Source: Spirochaetia bacterium
GTDB lineage: Bacteria > Spirochaetota > Spirochaetia > UBA9216
NCBI GenBank assembly: GCA_963677925.2
Contig: CAXXYH010000004.1
Span: 1,728,001 to 1,792,000 of the forward strand
Direction of reading: 5' to 3'
Length of the DNA: 64,000 nt
Shown here: positions 1-9,611 of the stretch, one piece after another
Position numbering within the stretch: the stretch's first letter is position 1
How the letters are laid out: every line of letters starts with the position of its first letter
Position numbers and translations under genes: made by a program
Notes under the pieces: generated by a model
What the model saw: only the letters and a program-made list of their open reading frames with translations
What the model was told of the DNA's origin: nothing
Databases searched by the model: none

Positions 1-2
1 CG

Positions 3-395
3 GAGCTTGATTTTGAACCTGTAATAGAAACAGATTCTGATGTTTATGCAAGGGCCAGGCTCAGATGGCGCGACTGCATGATGACAATCGATCTAATAAA
101 ACAGATACTTGATTCAACTCCAGAAACAGGAGTCTTCAAGGCTGATATGCCCAGCGTCCTTCACTGGAAGATTCCTGCCGGAGAAGCTTATGTCAATGCG
201 GAATGTACCCGAGGCGAATATGGTTACTATATTGTCACAGACGGTTCAGGATATCCCAGACGTGTTAATGTAAGAGGACCATCCTATACCCATGCCGTTA
301 CACTTGCCGAGAAAATGCTTGTTAACTGCAATTTAGCCGATGTTGCCGGAACCCTGGTTTCGCTGCACACATATCCGCCTGAGGTAGAGAGGTAA
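3..395 (+). CDS. NuoD/MbxL-like subunit of a complex-I-related membrane oxidoreductase (5' truncated by the window edge)
   Basis: The frame is open from position 3. It has NuoD-type C-terminal motifs GEAYVNAECTRGEYG and RVNVRGPSY and ends LHTYPPEVER, with no terminal CxxC Ni-Fe motif. Confidence 0.85.
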   Translation, partial: ELDFEPVIETDSDVYARARLRWRDCMMTIDLIKQILDSTPETGVFKADMPSVLHWKIPAGEAYVNAECTRGEYGYYIVTDGSGYPRRVNVRGPSYTHAVTLAEKMLVNCNLADVAGTLVSLHTYPPEVER

Positions 396-398
396 ATC

Positions 399-2240
399 AT
401 GAGTTGGAAAGACGTACTATACCCGTTTACGGTGTGGAAAAACATTGTAAAGGAACCGGTTACCATGAAGGATCCCCATTCCAATGAAGGATCTGAAAGG
501 TACCGCGGGTTTCATATAAATGATATAGATAAATGCATTGGCTGCGGCACCTGTGAAGAGATCTGTCAGAATGCCGCTATCGATCTTGTCCCTGTTGAGG
601 GGATCGAGTCCAAACCTGGTGACAGCGGTCTTCGTCCCAGGATTGATTACGGCCGCTGCTGCTGGTGCGCCCTATGCGTAGACATCTGCACAACCAATTC
701 CCTGCGGATGTCAAACCGCTTCAGGTGGTCGGTTGAAGGTGAAAATGCCGATGAGGCAATAGACCGTGATAAGTTCGGCAGTCCCGATGACTACCGCTTT
801 GTTGCGGGTGCTGAAAATAAATACTGGGACAGGGTAGAGGAAGGCTACAGAAAGCCCGATAACTATGATCTTACCCCGCCTGAAAGAGTTCCGATGGATC
901 ATCTTAACGCTGAGCAGCGGGGAAGCTCTTTTATTGAAATGATGAAGGGCTACTCTAAGGAACAGGCTCTCAAGGAAGCTGATCGCTGTGTTGAATGCGG
1001 AATCTGTACTGCAACCTGTCCTGCCCATATGGGTATTCCGGCTTATATCAATGCTATTCGTGAGGATGATCTGGAAGAGGGGCTGCGGATCCTGTATGAA
1101 ACAAATCCCCTTCCCGAGGTTTGCGGACGAATCTGTACCCATAAATGTGAAACCGTCTGCTCTATAGGCAACAAGGGCGATGCGGTTTCTATACGCTGGC
1201 TCAAGCGTTATATAGCCGATAACGTTCCTGCTGAAAAATATAAGGAAATACTCGGAACCGATAAGATTGTTAAAAACGGGAAAAAAGTTGCCGTTGTAGG
1301 CGCCGGACCATCAGGTCTGTCTGCGGCTCACTATCTGTCAACAATGGGATATGAGGTAACAATATTTGAGGCTCTGCCCGAGGCAGGCGGTATGATGCGC
1401 TACGGTATTCCCGAGTACAGGCTTCCCTATGAGCAGATAGACAAGGACGTAAACTACATACTGTCGCTTGGTGCTGAACTTAAAACAAACTGCAGAGTCG
1501 GAACTGATATTACTCTTGAAAAACTGAAAAATGATTTTGATGCTGTATTCGCCGGAACCGGTCTGCATCTTGGCCGTTCTACGATGCTTGAAAATGCCGA
1601 TCACAAAAAGGTTTTTCAGTCCATCGACCTGCTCCGGAAGATCACCCTCGGTGAAGAAATCTATGTACCTGAAAAGATTGTTGTCATTGGCGGAGGTAAT
1701 GTTGCTATGGATATTACACGTTCACTGGCACGAATTCAGAAGCAGAAATACGGAAAGGTTGATGTGACTGCAACATGTCTTGAACCAGCAGATGCAATGC
1801 CTGCCGATGATGAAGAAGTAGTTGAGGCACGTGAGGAAGGGGCTGTAATAACCCCGGGCTATGGTCCGATAGGAATTCAGATAACTGATTCCGAGAATGT
1901 TAGGGGTCTTGATGTTGCCAAATGTCTTTCAATATTTGATGATGAGGGCCGGTTCAATCCAAAGCTTGATATGGATGACAAGAACTTCTATGAGGCTGAT
2001 ATGATCGTTGAATCAATCGGCCAGGCTGCAAATCTTGAATACATTCCGGACGGTCTGAAGGAAAATATTAAATTCAGTCCGAGAAGGCAGATTGTAACAG
2101 ATCCGGATTATCAGGTAAAAGAAGAACCCTGGCTGTTCTCAGGAGGAGACATAGTAAAGGGGCCGGATGTAATTACAGGAATTGCTACGGGTCACCTTGC
2201 AGCAGTGGGTATTGACCGGTATCTGACGGGAAAGGAGTAG
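399..2240 (+). CDS. Fusion of a NuoI-like 2x[4Fe-4S] domain to a GltD-like FAD/NAD(P)H oxidoreductase
   Basis: N-terminal ERYRGFH with CIGCGTCEEICQ and CCWCALCVDICT, then EADRCVECGICTATCP, PEVCGRIC, VAVVGAGPSG, VIGGGNVA and GGDIVKG. Confidence 0.9.
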   Translation: MSWKDVLYPFTVWKNIVKEPVTMKDPHSNEGSERYRGFHINDIDKCIGCGTCEEICQNAAIDLVPVEGIESKPGDSGLRPRIDYGRCCWCALCVDICTTNSLRMSNRFRWSVEGENADEAIDRDKFGSPDDYRFVAGAENKYWDRVEEGYRKPDNYDLTPPERVPMDHLNAEQRGSSFIEMMKGYSKEQALKEADRCVECGICTATCPAHMGIPAYINAIREDDLEEGLRILYETNPLPEVCGRICTHKCETVCSIGNKGDAVSIRWLKRYIADNVPAEKYKEILGTDKIVKNGKKVAVVGAGPSGLSAAHYLSTMGYEVTIFEALPEAGGMMRYGIPEYRLPYEQIDKDVNYILSLGAELKTNCRVGTDITLEKLKNDFDAVFAGTGLHLGRSTMLENADHKKVFQSIDLLRKITLGEEIYVPEKIVVIGGGNVAMDITRSLARIQKQKYGKVDVTATCLEPADAMPADDEEVVEAREEGAVITPGYGPIGIQITDSENVRGLDVAKCLSIFDDEGRFNPKLDMDDKNFYEADMIVESIGQAANLEYIPDGLKENIKFSPRRQIVTDPDYQVKEEPWLFSGGDIVKGPDVITGIATGHLAAVGIDRYLTGKE

Positions 2241-2242
2241 AT

Positions 2243-2689
2243 ATGAGTACAGGAGATATGAAGATTTCTGATATCCTCAAATATTCAATAAAAATTGAGC
2301 ACGAGAGTATGCTTTTCTACGGAAAGGCGGCTTCGCTGGATGTTAATGAACCGGTTAAGGAACTTCTGCTTCAGCTTGAGGCGGAAGAGGTTAAGCATGA
2401 ATCAAGGCTTTCGAATATCCTTGATTCCACGCCTGACGGAGATGCGGCTGGTTTTGATCATGACAGCCTTGAAAAACTGATTCAGAACCGGGTAATACCG
2501 GATGGTGCCGATGCCCGGACGGTACTGGGCATCGCACTTGAACGCGAAGAGCATACAAGAGATTTTTACCGGCAGGTAATGACTATGACCAATCTTTCAG
2601 CCGATGTTGTTGATCTTTTTACCATGCTTTTCAACCAGGAAAGCGGACATGTTAAAAGAGTTTCAAATATGATAGCAAAGCTTGATTAA
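2243..2689 (+). CDS. Ferritin/rubrerythrin-like four-helix bundle protein
   Basis: Two E...ExxH repeats (EHES..EEVKH and EREE..ESGH). Starts 2 nt after the upstream stop. Confidence 0.8.
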   Translation: MSTGDMKISDILKYSIKIEHESMLFYGKAASLDVNEPVKELLLQLEAEEVKHESRLSNILDSTPDGDAAGFDHDSLEKLIQNRVIPDGADARTVLGIALEREEHTRDFYRQVMTMTNLSADVVDLFTMLFNQESGHVKRVSNMIAKLD

Positions 2690-2735
2690 GGAGTCCGATT
2701 AAAAAGGTGCAGGCTGACGCCTATCAGGAGGATGG

Positions 2736-2768
2736 AGCGGTTTTGGAATTATTCCAGAACCGCTTTTT
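2736..2768 (+). terminator. Intrinsic terminator
   Basis: Stem AGCGGTTTTGGAAT/ATTCCAGAACCGCT followed by a T run. Confidence 0.75.
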
Positions 2769-2874
2769 CATTTTACATAGAATTATTTTCATATTTATAA
2801 TATCGAATTGGTAACATAAATCGCTTTTTCCTGAAATTAATAGCTGTATAAAACTCAATAATCAGGAAAAGTAT

Positions 2875-3828
2875 ATGAGTAAATCATTCCTCATTTTTGT
2901 AATATTTTTTTTCACTTTTTATAATGTACAGCCGATTGCAGGTGATTCCGGGGTATTAAGTTCACCATTTTTATTTATTGGAACAGAGAGCTCTCAAAAT
3001 TTCCTCGGATTATTTTCCGAATATGGGACACATCGAACCGGTGCCGGTTTTGATGGACAATTTCTGACTTATACCGATTTCTCACTATTGAGCATGCTTC
3101 CTCTTCAGGGGATAAATGAATTATCTGAAAGTATCGGGTTTTACAGTAGAATTGACGCTCTTTACTTTGAAAAAGATTTCGGGATTCCCGGAGAGAAATT
3201 CACGTGTGAGCTGAATCTTTCCGCCATTTATTCTGCAGGAGCAGAGAATAAACTTTTTTCAGACTTCCCGATGGTTTACGGTAACCGGCAGCATAACTTG
3301 CGATTTGGATATACTGGATATCTCTGTACCGATTCGACAAGCCAGATAACCGGACAACTTGATTATACATTTATAAATAAAAGAAGCATATTCATGATGA
3401 ATTATGAGAATGATACAATGCTGTTCTATTTAACAGACAGCTACCGCACCGCAGCTTTTAAGCTCTCCTGGCTCTATGCCCTGGAAAATTCGGTAATAGG
3501 CTGTTCGCTTGGATTCACTCTCTGGGCCGGAGAGCGGCAGAACTTATGGGGATTTTCAAATGATGGTGATTTTTATATCTCAGACGAAGCCGGTCGTGAA
3601 AATACTGTAACCTTTATCTCTGCCGGGGAATATGCGGCCGATGTGGTATATTTGTCATTTATTTACAATAACTACAGTTTGTCAATCGGATATGATTCAG
3701 AGCTGTTCAAACAATATATCCACAACAGCATTCATTATGTCCTGGACGATGCAATGCTTCCGATATTCGATAGGCCGGACAGATTTTATATATCATTCAG
3801 GATTGGATTTCCGGATGATTTGTTTTAG
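2875..3828 (+). CDS. Exported protein with an Ntox23/LpxR-like ND..DxxR..H signature
   Basis: Signal peptide, aromatic-rich beta-strand pattern, and motifs YENDTMLFYLTDSYRT and QYIHNSIH. Confidence 0.55.
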   Translation: MSKSFLIFVIFFFTFYNVQPIAGDSGVLSSPFLFIGTESSQNFLGLFSEYGTHRTGAGFDGQFLTYTDFSLLSMLPLQGINELSESIGFYSRIDALYFEKDFGIPGEKFTCELNLSAIYSAGAENKLFSDFPMVYGNRQHNLRFGYTGYLCTDSTSQITGQLDYTFINKRSIFMMNYENDTMLFYLTDSYRTAAFKLSWLYALENSVIGCSLGFTLWAGERQNLWGFSNDGDFYISDEAGRENTVTFISAGEYAADVVYLSFIYNNYSLSIGYDSELFKQYIHNSIHYVLDDAMLPIFDRPDRFYISFRIGFPDDLF

Positions 3829-3969
3829 GTAGAGAAGGAAATATTATATCAATTAAATGCTCTTAAAATTATAAATTCTTCTCTTGAAGTCTGATTTTTA
3901 TATGCTATTATATTGTTGCTCCGGGGATGTTCCGGTTGATGAAAAAAGTGTTTTTAAAAAGGATAATAA

Positions 3970-5862
3970 ATGAAACGTCTTATAATTCCCTTTCTAGCTG
4001 TAGTAATAATGTATTCCTGTAATCTCTCCGGAGATGAAGTTCTTGACGGTTCTGTCACTCTTCAGGTTGAGTCCGCATCCAGAACAATAATTCCTGATTT
4101 GTCTATGAATGTGGACTCCTATCATATTCTGGGTACCGGAGTTTCCGAAAGTGTGGACGTAACCGTAAAATCATCGAAAACTGAAATAACCCTAAGTGCG
4201 TTAGAGGATGGAGAATGGAGTTTTACTGTTTATGGACTCAATGATGAAGATACTGTTATAACTGAAGGCAGTGTTATTGTGACTGTAGAATCAGATTCAA
4301 GAGTAACTGCAACTGTATCATTGACCCCTATATCCGGAGAGGGCAATTTTATTATTAGTGCAAGCTGGCCGGAAGGTCTTTTGTTCTCTCCATTGTTTGA
4401 CGGAGAATATAAGGCTCTTGGCGAAACCGAATGGCATAATATTGCTTTTTTTGCAGGATCCCTCTCCGCATCAAGGAATTTATCATTACCGAATGGTTAC
4501 TATACAGTAAATTTCAGACTTAAAGAAGGTTCCTCGGAGGTCTGGTCGATTACTGAGGTCCTCAGAATTGTCTCCGACAACACATCAACGGTCCGGTATG
4601 AGCTTGCTGAATCGGATATGTCTTATAACTTTAATGATGACAGTATTCTGTCCTTACAGAATAATTCAAATAACCCTTATGAAATCAATTACACTCTACC
4701 TTCTGACATTCTTAACGGGGATGCCCTGGAAATTACACGATTTGCAGTTTCTCCTGCCCTGACCGAAGATTCTACGGTTGAATGGTATCTCAATGAAAGG
4801 CTTCTACCAAGTTCTACCGGAACACTTCCTGATCCGGAGATTCTGACATCCGGCATCTATAATCTGTCTGCATTTGTCTATGACGGTGATAAAGCCGGAT
4901 CAGAGACTACAAGTATGAAAGTTTCTGCCTACATACCTAGTCCCTCAGATCTTGGAATTGTTCAGGATATTAAGGCGGTCGACGAAAATAATATTGTATA
5001 TGCAATAGATGAATCAAACGCAAGATTGTACCGTGTTGATCTTACAGCGGGAGGCGTGACTGCTGAATATTCCCTGCCTTATAATTCTCCGTATGGCATG
5101 GATTATTCCTCTGCTGAGAATGCACTTTTTATTATTTATAAGAATATTGGTGTATTGAGTAAATTCAGCTGTGAAGATCAGAGTATTGAAAATTTAAGAT
5201 ACAGTACTGCGTTTGCCGGAAGGGATTTGATAGTTGCTGATGATATTTCAAGGGTTTTTGTTAAGGCTTCAACGGGTTTATATATCATCAGCACCCAGGA
5301 TTTATCCATCCTAAAAGATCGGATAACAGTCGACGGTTCAAAAGTCGCCTATTCCGTAGCCACTGGTGAGCTTATTACAGGAGACTCCGGCAGTTCTCCA
5401 TCATCCCTGATGCGCTATAGTATTTCAGATGATACCCTGACCCTTGAACAGGAAAGACATAATGCAGGTTCTAATGGACGGGATTTGATTACCAATAAAG
5501 CCGGAACATCTATTGTTTTTCCCTGTGGCGGAGGTAACGGATCAGGTTATACTTTCTTTGATTTTGATCCTGCAGATCTTGACAATTATTTTGGTGAATG
5601 GTCCGCCGGAACATATCCCAAATATGCTGCTTTCAGCTATGATGACTCGATACTGTTTGCTGCCATAGGTGATCCATACGACACCGGTATTAAGGTTATG
5701 GATGCTCATAATTACCAGCTTATAAAAGAACTTTCAATGCCCAATACTGATGATTTTGTTCGCTTTGAACCGGCTAAATCGGGTCTGGCGGCTCTTGGGT
5801 TCAGCTATGACGATTATAATGAAGATGATTTCCGTTTCTATTATTTTGATAATTTCGAATAA
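3970..5862 (+). CDS. Surface lipoprotein with N-terminal beta-sandwich domains and a C-terminal beta-propeller-like region
   Basis: Lipoprotein signal MKRLIIPFLAVVIMYSC. Acidic and Ser/Thr-rich, with blade-like repeats in the C-terminal half. Confidence 0.7.
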   Translation: MKRLIIPFLAVVIMYSCNLSGDEVLDGSVTLQVESASRTIIPDLSMNVDSYHILGTGVSESVDVTVKSSKTEITLSALEDGEWSFTVYGLNDEDTVITEGSVIVTVESDSRVTATVSLTPISGEGNFIISASWPEGLLFSPLFDGEYKALGETEWHNIAFFAGSLSASRNLSLPNGYYTVNFRLKEGSSEVWSITEVLRIVSDNTSTVRYELAESDMSYNFNDDSILSLQNNSNNPYEINYTLPSDILNGDALEITRFAVSPALTEDSTVEWYLNERLLPSSTGTLPDPEILTSGIYNLSAFVYDGDKAGSETTSMKVSAYIPSPSDLGIVQDIKAVDENNIVYAIDESNARLYRVDLTAGGVTAEYSLPYNSPYGMDYSSAENALFIIYKNIGVLSKFSCEDQSIENLRYSTAFAGRDLIVADDISRVFVKASTGLYIISTQDLSILKDRITVDGSKVAYSVATGELITGDSGSSPSSLMRYSISDDTLTLEQERHNAGSNGRDLITNKAGTSIVFPCGGGNGSGYTFFDFDPADLDNYFGEWSAGTYPKYAAFSYDDSILFAAIGDPYDTGIKVMDAHNYQLIKELSMPNTDDFVRFEPAKSGLAALGFSYDDYNEDDFRFYYFDNFE

Positions 5863-5901
5863 AAATACATAAATATTTATAGATAAAATAATATTTAAAA
5901 C

Positions 5902-5930
5902 TTGACAAGCCGGTAATCCTGTTTAATAAT
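5902..5930 (+). promoter_or_regulatory. sigma70-type promoter of the maoC-bcd-etfBA operon
   Basis: TTGACA (5902-5907), 17 nt spacer, AATAAT. Confidence 0.6.
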
Positions 5931-5967
5931 AATGAGAGATGATTCACTACTAATCTGGAGGGCTCAA

Positions 5968-6387
5968 ATGAAGGGTATTACCATATCTGAAATGAAAGAA
6001 GGCGACAGCGCTTCCTTTACCAAAACCGTTACAGAGACTGACGTTGTTCTGTATGCCGGTATAACCGGTGATTTTAATCCGGCGCATATCAACGAAGAAG
6101 AGGCCCGGGCAGGTATGTTCGGAAGGCGTATAGCTCATGGAATGCTCAGCGTCGGATTCATATCAAATGTACTCGGAACAACACTTCCGGGACCGGGCAC
6201 TATCTACATGGGACAGGAGTTGAGATTCACAAAACCTGTTTTTATAGGTGATACTGTGACTGCCACCGTCAGCGTGAAAGAAATGAATATTGAAAAAAAC
6301 CGGGTAAAACTGGAAACTATCGTTACTAACCAGGATGGTGAAGATGTGATTACCGGTATAGCAACCGTTATGCCGCCCAAAGCCTGA
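5968..6387 (+). CDS. MaoC-family (R)-specific enoyl-CoA hydratase
   Basis: GDFNPAH and RIAHGML hydratase motifs. GGAGG RBS before ATG 5968. Confidence 0.9.
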   Translation: MKGITISEMKEGDSASFTKTVTETDVVLYAGITGDFNPAHINEEEARAGMFGRRIAHGMLSVGFISNVLGTTLPGPGTIYMGQELRFTKPVFIGDTVTATVSVKEMNIEKNRVKLETIVTNQDGEDVITGIATVMPPKA

Positions 6388-6409
6388 AACAGGAATCTGG
6401 AGGAAATAT

Positions 6410-7549
6410 ATGACTTTTCAAGAAACAAGGGAGCAGACTCTGCTTCGGACAATGGTCCGGAAGTTTGCAGAAAATGAGGTAGAGCCCATTGCAGCAGAAA
6501 TTGATGAAACCGGACGTTTCCCTGATGAAACTGTCGCAAAGATGAAAAAACTGGGACTTTTAAGCATCCCCTTTCCCGTAGAATACAGCGGTGCCGGCGG
6601 GGACAATATCTCTTACGCTATTGCTGTTGAGGAACTCTCCCGTGTCTGCGGAACTACAGGTGTTATCTGCTCTGCACATACATCATTATGCGCATGGCCG
6701 ATATATCACTTTGGAACTGAAGAGCAGAAAAAGAAATACCTTGTGCCGCTATTAAACGGTGAGAAACTCGGAGCTTTCGGCCTCACCGAACCCAACGCCG
6801 GAACTGATGCCGCGGGTCAGCAGACCAGGGCTGTACGCGACGGTGACTCATGGATACTCAATGGATCAAAGATTTTTATCACAAACGGCAGCAAGGCTGA
6901 TACCTATGTAGTTATGGCAATGACTGATAAATCAAAGGGCACCCGTGGAATCAGCGCATTTATAGTTGATGGGAAAACTGAGGGTTTTTCAATAGGCAAG
7001 AAAGAAGACAAGATGGGTATCCGAGCTTCGGCTACATCCGAACTTATCTTTGAAAACTGCCGTGTCCCTGCAGAAAACCTGCTCGGTCAGGAAGGCAAGG
7101 GATTTAAGGTTGCAATGACTACCCTTGACGGCGGACGTATCGGAATTGCCGCTCAGGCTCTGGGAATAGCTCAGGGTGCATTCGATAAAACAGTTGCCTA
7201 CCTTGACCAGAGGAAGCAGTTCGGTATGAAGCTGAATAAGATGCAGGCCCTGCAGTTCGAGATTGCTGATATGAAAACCAGGATCGAGGCTGCAAGACTG
7301 CTTGTTTACAGCGCCGCCTGTAAAAAACAGGAAGGTAAGCCTTATGGAACCGAGGCTGCCATGGCAAAACTTTTCGCATCAGAAACTGCGATGTATGTTA
7401 CTACCAAGGCCGTGCAGCTTCACGGCGGATACGGTTATACAAGGGATTACCCCGTTGAGAGGATGATGCGCGACGCTAAGATTACCGAAATCTATGAAGG
7501 TACATCAGAGGTTCAGAAGATGGTTATTGCAGCCTCTGCGCTGAGATAG
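6410..7549 (+). CDS. bcd: Butyryl-CoA (acyl-CoA) dehydrogenase
   Basis: FGLTEPNAGTDA, GGRIGIAAQALG and IYEGTSEVQ. Adjacent to etfBA. Confidence 0.9.
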   Translation: MTFQETREQTLLRTMVRKFAENEVEPIAAEIDETGRFPDETVAKMKKLGLLSIPFPVEYSGAGGDNISYAIAVEELSRVCGTTGVICSAHTSLCAWPIYHFGTEEQKKKYLVPLLNGEKLGAFGLTEPNAGTDAAGQQTRAVRDGDSWILNGSKIFITNGSKADTYVVMAMTDKSKGTRGISAFIVDGKTEGFSIGKKEDKMGIRASATSELIFENCRVPAENLLGQEGKGFKVAMTTLDGGRIGIAAQALGIAQGAFDKTVAYLDQRKQFGMKLNKMQALQFEIADMKTRIEAARLLVYSAACKKQEGKPYGTEAAMAKLFASETAMYVTTKAVQLHGGYGYTRDYPVERMMRDAKITEIYEGTSEVQKMVIAASALR

Positions 7550-7569
7550 CGATTTTTTTTGGAGAAATT

Positions 7570-8358
7570 ATGAAGATTATTGTTTGTGTAAAACAGGTGC
7601 CTGACACCAATGAAGTAAGAATAGATGCTAAAACAGGAACTCTCATCAGGGAGGGGGTTCCATCCATTATGAATAACGACGACGCCAACGCACTTGAAGC
7701 TGCACTTAAGCTGAAGGATGCGGACCCGTCAGTTCATATAACTCTGGTTTCAATGGGCCCTCCGCAGGCCGATGTAATGCTGCGTGAAGGTCTTGCAATG
7801 GGCGCTGATGAGGCTGTTCTGCTTTCAGACAGAGCCTTTGCCGGCTCAGATACCTGGGCAACCTCCAACTGTATATCTGCGGCAATAGAGAAAATAGGCG
7901 ACTACGATCTTATCCTGGCCGGCCGTCAGGCAATCGACGGAGATACAGCCCAGGTCGGCCCCCAGATTGCGGAAAAACTCGGACTTGCTCAGGTGACCTA
8001 TGTTGAGGATTTCGAAGTAGCCGGAGATACACTCAATGTAAAGCGTGCCCTCGAAGACGGTTATGAGATGCTTGAGGTTAAACTTCCATGTCTTTTAACA
8101 GCAATTAAAGAGCTTAATACTCCCCGCTATATGAATGTTGGCGGAATATTTGCAGCTTATAAAAAAGGCATAACTCTATGGTCTGCAGCAGACCTTGGGA
8201 TCTCCTCAGATATAGTAGGGCTTGATGCATCTCCGACAAATGTTTTCAGATCCTTTACTCCTGAACCCAAGGGCAAAGGAAAGATGATTGAAGGTGATAC
8301 ACCCGTCGAGTTGGTTTCCGGACTCATTTCCGAGCTGAAAGCCAAACACTTAGTTTAA
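7570..8358 (+). CDS. etfB: Electron transfer flavoprotein beta subunit
   Basis: [17 protein letters not shown] and [14 protein letters not shown]. Confidence 0.95.
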   Translation: MKIIVCVKQVPDTNEVRIDAKTGTLIREGVPSIMNNDDANALEAALKLKDADPSVHITLVSMGPPQADVMLREGLAMGADEAVLLSDRAFAGSDTWATSNCISAAIEKIGDYDLILAGRQAIDGDTAQVGPQIAEKLGLAQVTYVEDFEVAGDTLNVKRALEDGYEMLEVKLPCLLTAIKELNTPRYMNVGGIFAAYKKGITLWSAADLGISSDIVGLDASPTNVFRSFTPEPKGKGKMIEGDTPVELVSGLISELKAKHLV

Positions 8359-8374
8359 TGAACAGGAGAAGATA

Positions 8375-9562
8375 ATGGCTGTTATAATAATTGAAGATAA
8401 ATGCAGGGGCTGTACCAAATGTGTTAAGGCTTGTCCCTTTGATGCGATAGAAATGCAGGGAAGACTCGCAGTAATCAATGAAAAGTGTACTGCCTGCGGT
8501 CAGTGTATCGAAGCCTGCCCCTTTGATGCGATTGAGAACACTGCCGAGCAAAAGGAGACTGCAGATCTTTCCGCTTACAAGGATGTCTGGGTTTTTGCAG
8601 AACACCGCGGCGGAGAGCTCATGGGTGTGACAATTGAACTGCTTGGTGAGGCCGGCAGACTGGCAAAGCAGCTTGGTGTATCAGTCTGTGCTGTTATTGC
8701 CGGTTCGGATGTAAAACCGATGCTGAGCGAGCTGTCCTCCTTCGGTGCCGAGAAGATCATCACTATTGAGAACCCGCTCCTGGAAAACTTTACCACAGAT
8801 GCCTACACAAAGGTTCTTACAGATGCAGTCCTTGAATATAAACCCGAGATCGTACTTTTCGGTGCTACTCACATCGGCCGTGATCTTGCACCCCGTATTG
8901 CTGCCAGACTTAATACCGGTCTTACAGCTGACTGTACAAAGCTTGAAATTGATACGGAAAACAGAAGACTGCTTCAGACAAGGCCGGCGTTCGGCGGCAA
9001 CCTGATGGCTACAATTGTATGTCCGAAGACCAGGCCCCAGATGTCTACGGTTCGTCCCGGCGTTATGGACAGGCTTGAAAAAGATGAAACCCGTAAGGCT
9101 GAAATAATCGAATTCAAGCCCGTCCTGTCAGCAGCTGATGTAAGGACAAAGGTTAAAGAAATAGTGAAATCAGCTAAAAAGCATGCCTCACTTCTTGATG
9201 CTGAAATAATCTGTGCGGGGGGACGCGGTCTTGGAAGTTCCGAGGGTTTCAAGCTGATCGGTGATCTTGCCGAGGCTGTCGGAGGCACTGTCGGAGCCTC
9301 CAGAGCTGCAGTTGATTCAGGCTGGATAGACCATACCCAGCAGGTCGGTCAGACCGGAACTACAGTTAAACCAAAGATCTACTTTGCATGCGGAATCTCA
9401 GGAGCGATTCAGCATCTAGCCGGTATGCAGACCTCGGACATAATTATTGCGATCAATAAAGACCCCGAGGCTCCGATCTTTGAAGTCGCAGATTACGGTC
9501 TTGTCGGGGATCTTTATAAAATTATTCCCGAACTGATTTCCCAGTGGAACGGAGCTGCATAG
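8375..9562 (+). CDS. etfA: Electron transfer flavoprotein alpha subunit with an N-terminal 2x[4Fe-4S] domain
   Basis: [12 protein letters not shown] and [12 protein letters not shown], then [14 protein letters not shown] and [11 protein letters not shown]. Confidence 0.95.
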   Translation: MAVIIIEDKCRGCTKCVKACPFDAIEMQGRLAVINEKCTACGQCIEACPFDAIENTAEQKETADLSAYKDVWVFAEHRGGELMGVTIELLGEAGRLAKQLGVSVCAVIAGSDVKPMLSELSSFGAEKIITIENPLLENFTTDAYTKVLTDAVLEYKPEIVLFGATHIGRDLAPRIAARLNTGLTADCTKLEIDTENRRLLQTRPAFGGNLMATIVCPKTRPQMSTVRPGVMDRLEKDETRKAEIIEFKPVLSAADVRTKVKEIVKSAKKHASLLDAEIICAGGRGLGSSEGFKLIGDLAEAVGGTVGASRAAVDSGWIDHTQQVGQTGTTVKPKIYFACGISGAIQHLAGMQTSDIIIAINKDPEAPIFEVADYGLVGDLYKIIPELISQWNGAA

Positions 9563-9611
9563 AGCTAATTTCGACAGTGCAGAAATAAATCAAAACAGGC
9601 TGATTTTCGAA

